A stretch of 64,000 nt of DNA from contig OZ255721.1 of assembly GCA_965277285.1 (NCBI GenBank), positions 1,472,001 to 1,536,000 of the forward strand, given 5' to 3'. Position 1 is the first letter of the stretch. Each line of letters starts with the position of its first letter. The translations under genes were made by a program, and so were the position numbers. The notes under the pieces are model-generated. The model was given only the letters and a program-made list of their open reading frames with translations. It was not told the DNA's origin and searched no databases. Positions 48,055 through 57,236 of the stretch are shown here, piece by piece. This stretch comes from Abditibacteriaceae bacterium (GTDB lineage Bacteria > Armatimonadota > Abditibacteriia > Abditibacteriales > Abditibacteriaceae).

Positions 48055-48594
48055 TTAGCGCGAGTTGTAGATATACCAATCTTTTTCTATGGGTGAGTAA
48101 ACAGCGGTATCGCGCATCTGCCCTTTGTAGTAGTAAGCAGAAGAGACAAGAGGCGTTGGCTTTGTTGGCGTCCACTCGTAACCAATTGACCAGGTTGTAT
48201 CTCCAAATCCGCCACCGAAAAAGTAAAAGCTGCAACTTGAACCATTTTCATCACAGCCCACACTTTGCACGCCGCATTGTTCCATCAATTGCTTATACTT
48301 CGCCAGACGTTTACTTGAAATTGCCGGGCCATCTTTCAAAGATGTAATTCCGCTCTTCTTATCGTAATGATCAAAGATTTCGTAAGGATCGCTATCGACG
48401 CCGTTCGTCCAGCGCATTTTATCTTCGCGTGCCATTTGGCTTAATTCGACAAGCGTCATTTTATTTTGATGAAAATTCGCCAGCATTCCCGCTTCGCTCA
48501 GCGCGCTCCGCGAATGCACAAGATGGAAGACAGCGAATGCCAGCAACGGCAAAAGCATGAGCGTGATGCGCAAAGGTTTCGGGCGGCCTTTCAT
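48055..48594 (-). CDS. Membrane-anchored hypothetical protein, paralog of 47044..47562
   Basis: MLANFHQNK...MARED...GGFGDTTWSIGYEW...VYSPIEKDWYIYNS. Confidence 0.65.
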   Translation of the reverse strand: MKGRPKPLRITLMLLPLLAFAVFHLVHSRSALSEAGMLANFHQNKMTLVELSQMAREDKMRWTNGVDSDPYEIFDHYDKKSGITSLKDGPAISSKRLAKYKQLMEQCGVQSVGCDENGSSCSFYFFGGGFGDTTWSIGYEWTPTKPTPLVSSAYYYKGQMRDTAVYSPIEKDWYIYNSR

Positions 48595-48670
48595 GCGTTG
48601 ATTTTAGCTTATATCGAGTACTCGACGCACTTTTTGCGGCACTTTCGCGCTTCTCAAACGTCGTTTTCGC

Positions 48671-49783
48671 ATGACTTCCGTTCAAGCGCCGCTCTTTGAA
48701 ACGCCCGTCGAAAAGCCGAATTTGCCGCCGCATTTGCTCGATATTCAAACGATTTATCACGAGCCGAACGTCGAAAAATATCGGCGTGGGCGCGCGATTT
48801 TGGCGCGCTTTCCCGACGCCAAACGCATCGAAGTTCCCTCGCACTGGAACATTGCGGGTCTGCATGGAAACGAAGGTGAAAGCGAAAATTGGATCGCCAA
48901 CAAGCGCAACGTTCTGGTTTTGGGCGTGCGCAAAAGTTTGCAATTTCGCCCCAATGGTCGCAGCGCCGACTTCATCGCGCCCGGCCACACATCGGGCTGC
49001 GCTCTCGCTTGCGCGTATTGTTATGTGCCTCGCCGCAAAGGGTTCGCAAATCCGATCAGCACGTTCGTCAACATCGAACAAGTGATGCGCGCGATTGAGC
49101 GTCACGTTCAAAACCAGGGCGCGAAAACCCAACCGAACAGCGTGGACGCGCAGAGTTGGATTTACGAAATCGGCGAAAACAGCGATTGTTCAGTCGATGC
49201 CGCGATTTGCGACAACGTGCGCGATTTAGTCGAATTGTTTCGCAACTTCGAGTACTCGAAAGCGACGTGGGCGACCAAATATGTCAACCGCGATTTGTTG
49301 TCTTACGATCCGCGCGGCAAAACGCGTTTAAGGTTCAGTTTGATGCCGCAGGAAATCGCTAAAGTCGTGGATGTGCGAACCAGTCCAATGCACGAGCGCA
49401 TCGCGGCCATCAACGATTTCGTAGAAGCCGGTTACGAAGTGCATCTCAACTTTTCGCCGGTGATTTTGCACGATGGTTGGCAGCAGAATTATGCGCAGTT
49501 GTTTCAAGAAGTGGACGACGTTTTAAGCGACAAAGCTAAAGCGCAACTGGCGTGCGAAATCATTTTTCTGACGCACAACGCGCAATTGCACGAAGTCAAT
49601 TTGAAGTGGCATCCGCGCGCCGAAGAGTTGCTGTGGACGCCAGAAAATCAGGAAGCGAAGACGTCGCAAATGGGCGGCGAAAACGTGCGCTACAAGAGTG
49701 GTTTCAAAGGCCAGAACGTGCGCGCCTTTCGTGAACTTCTGGCGCAACATCTTCCATACTGCAACGTGCGCTATGCGTTTTGA
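48671..49783 (+). CDS. Spore photoproduct lyase family radical SAM protein
   Basis: CALACAYCY cluster motif, GENSDCS, RFSLMP, VHLNFSPVI. Confidence 0.85.
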   Translation: MTSVQAPLFETPVEKPNLPPHLLDIQTIYHEPNVEKYRRGRAILARFPDAKRIEVPSHWNIAGLHGNEGESENWIANKRNVLVLGVRKSLQFRPNGRSADFIAPGHTSGCALACAYCYVPRRKGFANPISTFVNIEQVMRAIERHVQNQGAKTQPNSVDAQSWIYEIGENSDCSVDAAICDNVRDLVELFRNFEYSKATWATKYVNRDLLSYDPRGKTRLRFSLMPQEIAKVVDVRTSPMHERIAAINDFVEAGYEVHLNFSPVILHDGWQQNYAQLFQEVDDVLSDKAKAQLACEIIFLTHNAQLHEVNLKWHPRAEELLWTPENQEAKTSQMGGENVRYKSGFKGQNVRAFRELLAQHLPYCNVRYAF

Positions 49784-49867
49784 ACCACAGAGAACACAAA
49801 GAACACAGAGAAAGAAGATCAGTTTTTGAAACCCTCTTTCTCTGTGTTCTTTGCGTTCTCTGTGGTT
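49783..49867. repeat. AACCACAGAG 9-mer-repeat hairpin between convergent genes
   Basis: 33-bp arms with 1 mismatch, overlapping both stop codons. Confidence 0.65.
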
Positions 49868-50552
49868 AATCTTCTTTGGATAATTCTTGAGCGCGCAGGA
49901 AAACTGCGTCCATCATCGGCGCCGTCAGTTTGCCCGTAAACGTATTTTGCTGGCTGGGATGATAAGTTCCCAACAGCCACAATCGAGTACTCAACTGCGC
50001 TTCGGTTCCATGAGCAAAGCGCGGGCGAACTTTCAAATTGGTCATTCCGACCTCGCGCGTCGCATCGAACGCCGCATCAAAACCGATTTTGCCCAGGCCA
50101 ACCAGAACACGCAGTTGCGTCAACGTTTTTAATTCGCGTAGCAAATACGGGCGACAATTACGCAGTTCTTCCGGCAAAGGTTTGTTATCGGGCGGCGCAC
50201 ATCGCGCGGCAGCCGTAATAATCGCATCGTGCAATTGTAAACCATCGTTCAAATCGGTCGCGTCCGCTTGATTCGCTAGGCCGCAACGATGCAGCGATGC
50301 GAACAAAAACACGCCGGAATTATCGCCGGTAAACATGCGTCCTGTGCGATTGCTTCCATGCGCTCCGGGCGCCAAACCGACAATCGCAATGCGCGCATCA
50401 ACCTCGCCCAAAGCTGGAACCGGCTTCGCCCAATAACTGCAGCCAACATAACGTTTCGGCGGATTCTGCGCGACAGCTTCGCGCCACGCGACAAGGCGCG
50501 CACATTTGAAACAACCGACAACTTCGCTTTCGATATGTTGAAGTTCGTTCAT
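49866..50552 (-). CDS. Uracil-DNA glycosylase, family 5 (UdgB-like)
   Basis: CFKCARL, GLAPGAHGSNRTGRMFTGD, RCAPPDNKP, YHPSQQNT. Confidence 0.9.
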   Translation of the reverse strand: MNELQHIESEVVGCFKCARLVAWREAVAQNPPKRYVGCSYWAKPVPALGEVDARIAIVGLAPGAHGSNRTGRMFTGDNSGVFLFASLHRCGLANQADATDLNDGLQLHDAIITAAARCAPPDNKPLPEELRNCRPYLLRELKTLTQLRVLVGLGKIGFDAAFDATREVGMTNLKVRPRFAHGTEAQLSTRLWLLGTYHPSQQNTFTGKLTAPMMDAVFLRAQELSKED

Positions 50553-50560
50553 AAACGCAA

Positions 50561-50588
50561 GTAGGGGCGCATTGCAATGCGCCCCTAC
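50561..50588. repeat. GTAG-type REP, 28-bp perfect palindrome
   Basis: GTAGGGGCGCATTG|CAATGCGCCCCTAC. Confidence 0.75.
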
Positions 50589-50610
50589 AAAACAAATCGA
50601 GTACTCGAAA

Positions 50611-52038
50611 TTACTTTTTCTTCGGGCGATAAACGTGTGTCGCCTGGCCAAAAAATACTTCCGCCGATTCCATTACGGTTTCGCTCAGCGTCGGGTGCGG
50701 ATGAATGCTCAATTTTACATCGTCGGCGACGGCGCCCATTTCAATCGCTAAAACGCCTTCCGCGATCAATTCACCTGCGCCCGAACCGCAAATTCCTACA
50801 CCCAAAATGCGTTGCGTGCCCGGTTCAATCAACAACTTTGTCACGCCATCGTTGCGATCCAAAGTTGTTGCGCGACCAGAAGCGCCCCACGGAAAACGTG
50901 CGACTTCGACTTCGATGCCGTCACGCTTGGCTTCAGTTTCCGTCAAACCTGCCCACGCGATTTCAGGATCAGTGAAGACAACGGCGGGAATCGCGCGCGG
51001 CTCCCACGCGACTTTGTGACCGGCAATCGCTTCGACCGCCAAGCGACCTTCATGCGACGCTTTGTGCGCCAGCATCGGATCGCCCGCGATGTCACCAATC
51101 GCGTAAATCGTCGGCTCGGCGGTTTGACGTTGCGCGTTCACTTCGACAAAACCGCGCTTGTTCACGACGACTTGCGTGTTCTCTAATCCCAGATTTTGCG
51201 AATTCGGCGTGCGCCCGACGCTGATCAAAACGTTGTCGAAAAGCTGCGAGGCTTCGCCTTCTTTCAAGCTGGCGCCTTCAAAGTCGACGCGAATTCCGTC
51301 CGCTTCTTCTTTCAATGACAAAACTTTGGTTTCCAGCAACACGCGATGGAACATCGTTTCGACGCGCTTTTGCAGGATGTTGACAAGATCGCGGTCGGCT
51401 CCTGGCAGCAAACCGGAAGTCATTTCGACAACCGTCACTTCGCTGCCCAAACTGGTGTAAACCGTGCCCAATTCCAGCCCGATGTAACCGCCGCCGATGA
51501 CTAGTAACTTCTTGGGAATCGTTCGCAGTTCGAGCGCTCCGGTCGAATTCCAAATGCGTTCGCTGCCGATTTCAAAAGAGGGAATCTGCGCCGGACGTGA
51601 GCCTGTCGCCAATATCGAGTACTCGAATGACAACTTTTCGGTTTCGCCATCGGCTTTCTCAATTTGCAAGGTTTTGCCATCTAAAAACTGCGCGCGGCCT
51701 TTGATGTAGGTAATTTTGCGCGCTGTGGACAGTTGTCCCAAACCGCCTGTCATTTGCCCGACGACTTGGTTTTTCCAATCGCGCAGTTTGTTGATGTCGA
51801 TTTCTGGCGGCGCGAACTTCAAGCCGAAATGTTCGGCTTCTTTGGCTTCGTTCATCACTTTGGCGGCGTGCAAAAGTGCTTTCGATGGAATGCAGCCGCG
51901 ATAAAGGCAAACGCCGCCCGGATTTGGCTCCAGATCAATCAAGGTGACGTTCATTCCCAAGTCAGCCGCCAAAAAAGCGGCGGCATATCCGCCCGGCCCG
52001 CCACCAATGACTGCTAATTGTGTAGAGTTTTCGTTCAT
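50611..52038 (-). CDS. lpdA: Dihydrolipoyl dehydrogenase (E3)
   Basis: GGGPGGY, GGVCLYRGCIPSK, HPHPTLSE. Confidence 0.95.
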   Translation of the reverse strand: MNENSTQLAVIGGGPGGYAAAFLAADLGMNVTLIDLEPNPGGVCLYRGCIPSKALLHAAKVMNEAKEAEHFGLKFAPPEIDINKLRDWKNQVVGQMTGGLGQLSTARKITYIKGRAQFLDGKTLQIEKADGETEKLSFEYSILATGSRPAQIPSFEIGSERIWNSTGALELRTIPKKLLVIGGGYIGLELGTVYTSLGSEVTVVEMTSGLLPGADRDLVNILQKRVETMFHRVLLETKVLSLKEEADGIRVDFEGASLKEGEASQLFDNVLISVGRTPNSQNLGLENTQVVVNKRGFVEVNAQRQTAEPTIYAIGDIAGDPMLAHKASHEGRLAVEAIAGHKVAWEPRAIPAVVFTDPEIAWAGLTETEAKRDGIEVEVARFPWGASGRATTLDRNDGVTKLLIEPGTQRILGVGICGSGAGELIAEGVLAIEMGAVADDVKLSIHPHPTLSETVMESAEVFFGQATHVYRPKKK

Positions 52039-52048
52039 AAAATAGTTA

Positions 52049-52143
52049 AACCACCAAGACACTAAGAACACCAAGGTGAAGCAGAGTTACTCATTGAGTA
52101 CTCAATTTGCTTCCTTCTTGGTGTTCTTAGTGTCTTGGTGGTT
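52049..52143. repeat. AACCACCAAG 9-mer-repeat hairpin element
   Basis: 27-bp perfect arms AACCACCAAGACACTAAGAACACCAAG; loop carries ATTGAGTACTCAAT. Confidence 0.7.
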
Positions 52144-52148
52144 CCAAA

Positions 52149-53510
52149 TTATCCTTCCAGCGACAGCAAAAACGGCTGTTCCAACGCCTGAGCAATCCAG
52201 CGCAGGAAACGCGCACCGTCGGCGCCATCAATTGCGCGATGATCGTAGCTCAAAGACAGCGGCATCATCAGGCGCGGTTCGAAACTGCTGCCGTTCCATA
52301 CTGGCTCCATCGTGCCGCGACTGATGCCTAAAATCGCCACTTCGGGCGTATTGACAATCGGCGCGAAGTTGGTGCCGCCGATGCCGCCCAGGTTCGTGAT
52401 CGTGAAGCAGCCGCCCTGCATTTCTTCCAGCGTCGTCTTTTTGGTGCGCGCTTTTTCGCCCAAAGTCGTCAGTTCGGCACTCAGTTGCGCAATGTTCTTC
52501 TTGTCCACATCACGAATCACCGGCACCAAAAGCCCGCGATCCGTATCGACGGCGACGCCGATGTTGACATATTTCTTCAAGACGATCTCGTTGCTCGCCA
52601 TGTCGATGCTGGCGTTGAACTGAGGAAACGCTTTCAACGCGCTCGCCACAACTTTGAGAGCAATCGCCGTGACGGTCAGTTTTCCACCAGCTTTCTCGAC
52701 TTTGGCGCCGAACTGCTTGCGCAACTTTTCCAGATCGGTGATGTCGGCGCGGTCGAACTGCGTGACGTGAGGAACTGTCGCCCAGCAACGCGCCATGTGA
52801 TCGGCTGTCGCGCGACGAATGCCGCTCATCGTTTGACGCTCGACTTCACCATACTTTGAAAAATCGGGCAATTGAATCTGCGGAATCGCCACGCCGTTGC
52901 CGTTCGATTGAGTACTCGATTGGCGTTGCAAAAAACTTTTGACATCGGCAAACGAGATGCGCCCGTGATTTCCGCTGCCCGCGACCTGCGCAATGTCAAC
53001 GCCCAACTCGCGCGCCAGACGACGCACACTTGGCGCAGCGGGAACCAGTGCGCCCGTTTTTACCGGAGTCGCAACGTTGCCGCCGCCACTGGAACCGTTG
53101 GTTGCGCCATTGCCGCCAACAGTTACGCCTTCTTCCTCTTCGATTCCAGGCGCCGTGTCTTGCGTCATGCCGTCATCTTCGCTCGACGGAGCACCACTGC
53201 CGGAACCGTTGGTGTTCCCATTTTGCATTTTATCTTCGGTCGGCGGCGTTTCATCCGTTGTGCTTTGGGTTCCAGTACTCGATTCGCCACTGGCGGCTGC
53301 CATCGTGAAAATCGTGGCGCCTTCTTCCAATTTCTGACCGGCCTTGACGTGGATTTCCTGCACCACGCCCGCGACATCGGACGGCACTTCGACGACAGCT
53401 TTGTCGGTTTCCAATTCCAAAACCGGCTGCTCTTCTTCAATCGTATCGCCGACTGAAACCAGAATTTTGGCCAGCGTTCCGGCCTGAACTAACTTGAATT
53501 CGGTTGCCAT
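52149..53510 (-). CDS. aceF: Pyruvate dehydrogenase E2, dihydrolipoamide acetyltransferase
   Basis: Lipoyl ETDKA, E3-binding APSVRRLARELGV, catalytic YDHRAIDGA. Confidence 0.9.
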   Translation of the reverse strand: MATEFKLVQAGTLAKILVSVGDTIEEEQPVLELETDKAVVEVPSDVAGVVQEIHVKAGQKLEEGATIFTMAAASGESSTGTQSTTDETPPTEDKMQNGNTNGSGSGAPSSEDDGMTQDTAPGIEEEEGVTVGGNGATNGSSGGGNVATPVKTGALVPAAPSVRRLARELGVDIAQVAGSGNHGRISFADVKSFLQRQSSTQSNGNGVAIPQIQLPDFSKYGEVERQTMSGIRRATADHMARCWATVPHVTQFDRADITDLEKLRKQFGAKVEKAGGKLTVTAIALKVVASALKAFPQFNASIDMASNEIVLKKYVNIGVAVDTDRGLLVPVIRDVDKKNIAQLSAELTTLGEKARTKKTTLEEMQGGCFTITNLGGIGGTNFAPIVNTPEVAILGISRGTMEPVWNGSSFEPRLMMPLSLSYDHRAIDGADGARFLRWIAQALEQPFLLSLEG

Positions 53511-53542
53511 AGCTTCCTCGTAATTTCAAAAACTACAATCTT

Positions 53543-54190
53543 TCATTCGACTGTGAGCGTGATCTCTTTCGCGTAAACAATCGAAGGTTTTTCATCTTCT
53601 GGAATCGGGTCACGTTCAGTTCTGGCTTTGCGCCATCCGCGCGCCAAATTCACTCTTTTGCTCACGACAATCGTGTAATATCCTGGCAATGTCATGTCGT
53701 AATAACGATTGATTGGGATATTGTCAATGATTTCGGTTCCTGTTTTGAACGTGTAATAATCATGGGAAACTTCACCCATTCGAGCATAAAGCCCAAGCTC
53801 TTTTTGTCCGTAAAGTGTGAGCGGCGCAAGATTTCCCTGAGGTGTTGTCACCGAGAAATCGTAGGTTCGCGCCGGGTTGTATTGATAACCTTTTTCAGCC
53901 ACCGCATTGGCGCCTGTGTTCATAAAAGCCACGCGCACGTTGATCACTTCGGACGGTTTATAAGACTTTTCCGCACTCGCGCCCAATAAGTAGCCGTTAA
54001 CAGCTTTAGAAACATCAGGCCTGCGCAACATCGCATTCTGTTGCGCAGCGTTCAGTAAATACTTTCCCAGCGGCCTCGAGTACTCGATATTGCGAGCCGC
54101 CGTACTTAGCACCGCTTCACTGCGCGCGACGCACGTATTCACGTTGATAAGTGCAACTGCGATGAGCCAACGCCGAAGGTCACGTTTCAT
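53543..54190 (-). CDS. Secreted hypothetical protein inside the PDH operon
   Basis: Signal-peptide-like N-terminus; 215-aa ORF between aceE and aceF. Confidence 0.6.
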   Translation of the reverse strand: MKRDLRRWLIAVALINVNTCVARSEAVLSTAARNIEYSRPLGKYLLNAAQQNAMLRRPDVSKAVNGYLLGASAEKSYKPSEVINVRVAFMNTGANAVAEKGYQYNPARTYDFSVTTPQGNLAPLTLYGQKELGLYARMGEVSHDYYTFKTGTEIIDNIPINRYYDMTLPGYYTIVVSKRVNLARGWRKARTERDPIPEDEKPSIVYAKEITLTVE

Positions 54191-54238
54191 AATGTTCCAA
54201 GCGGCAATGCAATTCTTGAACTTACTCCGTTTCGTTTG

Positions 54239-54317
54239 AACTAACCGCGCGCGGAAGCAAGCGGGCTAATTACTGAGACTTCACACATAGCCCGCTTGCT
54301 TCCGCGCGCGGTTAGTT
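54239..54317. repeat. REP-like long inverted repeat
   Basis: 30-bp perfect arms AACTAACCGCGCGCGGAAGCAAGCGGGCTA. Confidence 0.75.
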
Positions 54318-54338
54318 GTCGCTTATCGAGTACTCGAT

Positions 54339-57236
54339 TTACACTAACATTGGGTTCAACTTGTCCGCGTTGATGCCCAAATCCGTCATCGCTTTTTGCA
54401 CGACTTCGATTTTGATTTGCTTGTCGTTCGCCAAAGCCGTCAGCGTCGCCAGAACGATGTAGCGATGATCGACCTCGAAGAAATCGCGCAACGCTTGGCG
54501 CAAATCGCTGCGGCCAAAACCGTCGGTTCCCAGGCTCGTCAAACGGCGCGGCACCCATTTGGAAATCGTGTCTGGCAGCGCCTTGACGTAATCGCTGGCC
54601 GCCACGAAAACGCCGTCTTCGTTTTGCAAACACTGCGTGACGTAAGGAACCTGCTGTTCTCCGCCCGGGTTGAGCAGGTTGTGGCGCTCGACGCCCAAAC
54701 CATCGCGGCACAGTTCCTTATAGGAAGTCACGCTCCACACATCAGCGCTCACGTCGTATTGCTCTTCGAGTACTCGTTGCGCTTTCAAAACCTCGTTCAA
54801 AATTGCGCCACTGCCCAGCAATTGCGCGCGTAGCTTGCTCGATTTCTCGCTTGGACGGAACTTGTACAAGCCCTTCAAAATGCCTTCTTTGACGCCTTCA
54901 TGTTGTGGCATGGCGGGCATGATGTAGTTTTCGTTCATCAACGTGATGTAGTAAAAGACGCTTTCGCCTTCCTCGTACATGCGCCGAATGCCTTCGCGGA
55001 TAATCACAGCGAGTTCAAAAGCGAACGCCGGATCGTATTGCACGCAATTAGGAACCGGATACAACAGCAAATGACTGTGACCATCTTCGTGCTGTAAACC
55101 CTCGCCGTTCAATGTCGTGCGTCCGGCGGTTGCGCCCAGCAAAAAGCCGCGCACGCGCTGATCGGCGGCCAGCCAAATCAGGTCGCCGACGCGTTGCGGG
55201 CCGAACATCGAATAGTAAATGTAAAACGGAATCGTGTTGATGCCGAAGGTCGAATAGGCTGAACCTGCCGCGACAAATGAGGCCATCGCGCCCGCTTCGT
55301 TGATGCCTTCTTCCAAAATCTGGCCTTGCTTCGATTCCTTGTAATACGCGATTTCCTTGCGATCAACCGGTTCGTAAAGCTGCCCGACGCTGGAATAAAT
55401 GCCCGCGCTACGGAACAAGCCGTCCATGCCGAAAGTGCGCGCCTCGTCGGGAATGATAGGAACAATCAATTTGCCGAACGTTTTGTCTCGTAACATCGCG
55501 GCGAGAATTTGCACAAACGCGAGCGTCGTTGAAGGCGCTTTTTCAGCGTCTCCGCGCTCGCCATAAAATTCAGCGAACAACGATTCATCCGGCGTTTTGA
55601 CGCGATCTTCTGTAACTGTGCGAGTGGGAACATAACCGCCCAGAACTTCGCGGCGCTCGTGCAAATACTTCATTTCCGGTGAATCATCCGCCGGACGGAA
55701 GAATGGAGTACTCGATATTTCCTCTTCTGTCAGCGGAATCTCAAAGCGCGTGCGGAATTGGAGCAGCATTTCTTCGCCCAGCTTTTTCGTCTGGTGCGCC
55801 GGATTGCGCCCTTCGGCTTCTTCGCCCAGACCGTAGCCTTTGACGGTTTTCGCCAGAATCACGGTCGGCTGGCCTTTGTGCTCGATCGCCGCTTTGTAAG
55901 CCGCGTAAACCTTTTCGGGATCGTGGCCACCGCGCCGCATTTTGCGAATATCTTCGTCGCTCAAATCTTTCGCCAATTCCTGCAAGCCTGGCGAATTGAA
56001 AAAATGCTCGCGCGCATAAGCGCCGGTTTCGACCGTGTACTTCTGATATTGTCCGTCCACGACTTCGCCCATGCGACGCACCAGTTCGCCCTTTTCGTCG
56101 CGTTCCAGCAGTTCATCCCAATCGCCGCCCCACACCACTTTGATGACGTTCCAGCCCGCGCCGCGAAAAATGCCTTCCAATTCCTGAATAATTTTTCCAT
56201 TGCCGCGCACTGGTCCATCCAGGCGCTGCAAGTTGCAGTTGATAACCCAGATCAGGTTGTCCAGTTTTTCGCGCGCCGCCAGAGTAATCGCGCCCAAGGT
56301 TTCTGGTTCGTCGGTTTCGCCATCGCCGATGAACGCCCAAACGTGCGAATCTTCCGGCTGCTTCAAGCCGCGATTTTCTAAGTAACGCGAAAAACGCGCC
56401 TGATAAATCGAGCAAATCGGGCCAAGTCCCATCGAAACCGTCGGGAATTGCCAGAAATTCGGCATCAGCCAGGGATGTGGATAAGAACTCAAGCCACCGC
56501 CGGGCGACAATTCGCGGCGAAAGTTGGTCAATTGTTCTTCGCTCAGGCGACCTTCGAGAAAAGCGCGCGCATAAACGCCGGGCGACGCATGACCTTGAAA
56601 ATAAACCTGATCGCCCGATTGCGTGGCGTTTTTCGCTTTGAAGAAATGGTTGAAACCGATTTCAAAAAGCGTTGCAGCCGACGCGTAAGTGGAAAGATGT
56701 CCGCCGACTGGACCACCTGTTAGATCTTTTTCGCGGTTGGCGCGCACCACCATCGCCAGCGCGTTGTAGCGAACCAGGCTTTTGATGCGACGTTCCACCG
56801 CGCGGTCGCCAGGAAACTTCGGCTGGTCGTTGCGGTGAATGGTGTTGATATAAGGCGTCGTAGCGGCGAAAGGAATCTGCACGCCCAAACGCGTGGCGTG
56901 GATTTCCAATTCGTTCAGGATTTGTTGAACGCGCTTGGCGCCGCCGCTTTCCAAAACGAAATCGAGCGAATCGAGCCATTCCTGGGTTTCGATTCGCTCG
57001 TCTTCGCTTTCTTTCGAGTACTCGATTTCGGACGCGACCGCTGCGCCATCAATCGCCGCCGCATTGACAGCCGCCGCGTTCGCCGCCATTTTTTCGGGCG
57101 CGATGTGCGACGATGTGCCATTTGAAGCTGTGCCGTTGGAGGTTGCGCCGTTTGACGAACCATTGGCGGCGCCATTGGATGTGCCGTTGTTTTTGACGGC
57201 GGATTCGCTCTGCATACCAGCTTGAGATTCGCTCAT
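54339..57236 (-). CDS. aceE: Pyruvate dehydrogenase E1, homodimeric type
   Basis: ETQEWLDSL, QGHASPG, SSYPHP, GDGETDEPE, NCNLQRLDGPV, GEGLQH, LGTDGFGRSD. Confidence 0.95.
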   Translation of the reverse strand: MSESQAGMQSESAVKNNGTSNGAANGSSNGATSNGTASNGTSSHIAPEKMAANAAAVNAAAIDGAAVASEIEYSKESEDERIETQEWLDSLDFVLESGGAKRVQQILNELEIHATRLGVQIPFAATTPYINTIHRNDQPKFPGDRAVERRIKSLVRYNALAMVVRANREKDLTGGPVGGHLSTYASAATLFEIGFNHFFKAKNATQSGDQVYFQGHASPGVYARAFLEGRLSEEQLTNFRRELSPGGGLSSYPHPWLMPNFWQFPTVSMGLGPICSIYQARFSRYLENRGLKQPEDSHVWAFIGDGETDEPETLGAITLAAREKLDNLIWVINCNLQRLDGPVRGNGKIIQELEGIFRGAGWNVIKVVWGGDWDELLERDEKGELVRRMGEVVDGQYQKYTVETGAYAREHFFNSPGLQELAKDLSDEDIRKMRRGGHDPEKVYAAYKAAIEHKGQPTVILAKTVKGYGLGEEAEGRNPAHQTKKLGEEMLLQFRTRFEIPLTEEEISSTPFFRPADDSPEMKYLHERREVLGGYVPTRTVTEDRVKTPDESLFAEFYGERGDAEKAPSTTLAFVQILAAMLRDKTFGKLIVPIIPDEARTFGMDGLFRSAGIYSSVGQLYEPVDRKEIAYYKESKQGQILEEGINEAGAMASFVAAGSAYSTFGINTIPFYIYYSMFGPQRVGDLIWLAADQRVRGFLLGATAGRTTLNGEGLQHEDGHSHLLLYPVPNCVQYDPAFAFELAVIIREGIRRMYEEGESVFYYITLMNENYIMPAMPQHEGVKEGILKGLYKFRPSEKSSKLRAQLLGSGAILNEVLKAQRVLEEQYDVSADVWSVTSYKELCRDGLGVERHNLLNPGGEQQVPYVTQCLQNEDGVFVAASDYVKALPDTISKWVPRRLTSLGTDGFGRSDLRQALRDFFEVDHRYIVLATLTALANDKQIKIEVVQKAMTDLGINADKLNPMLV

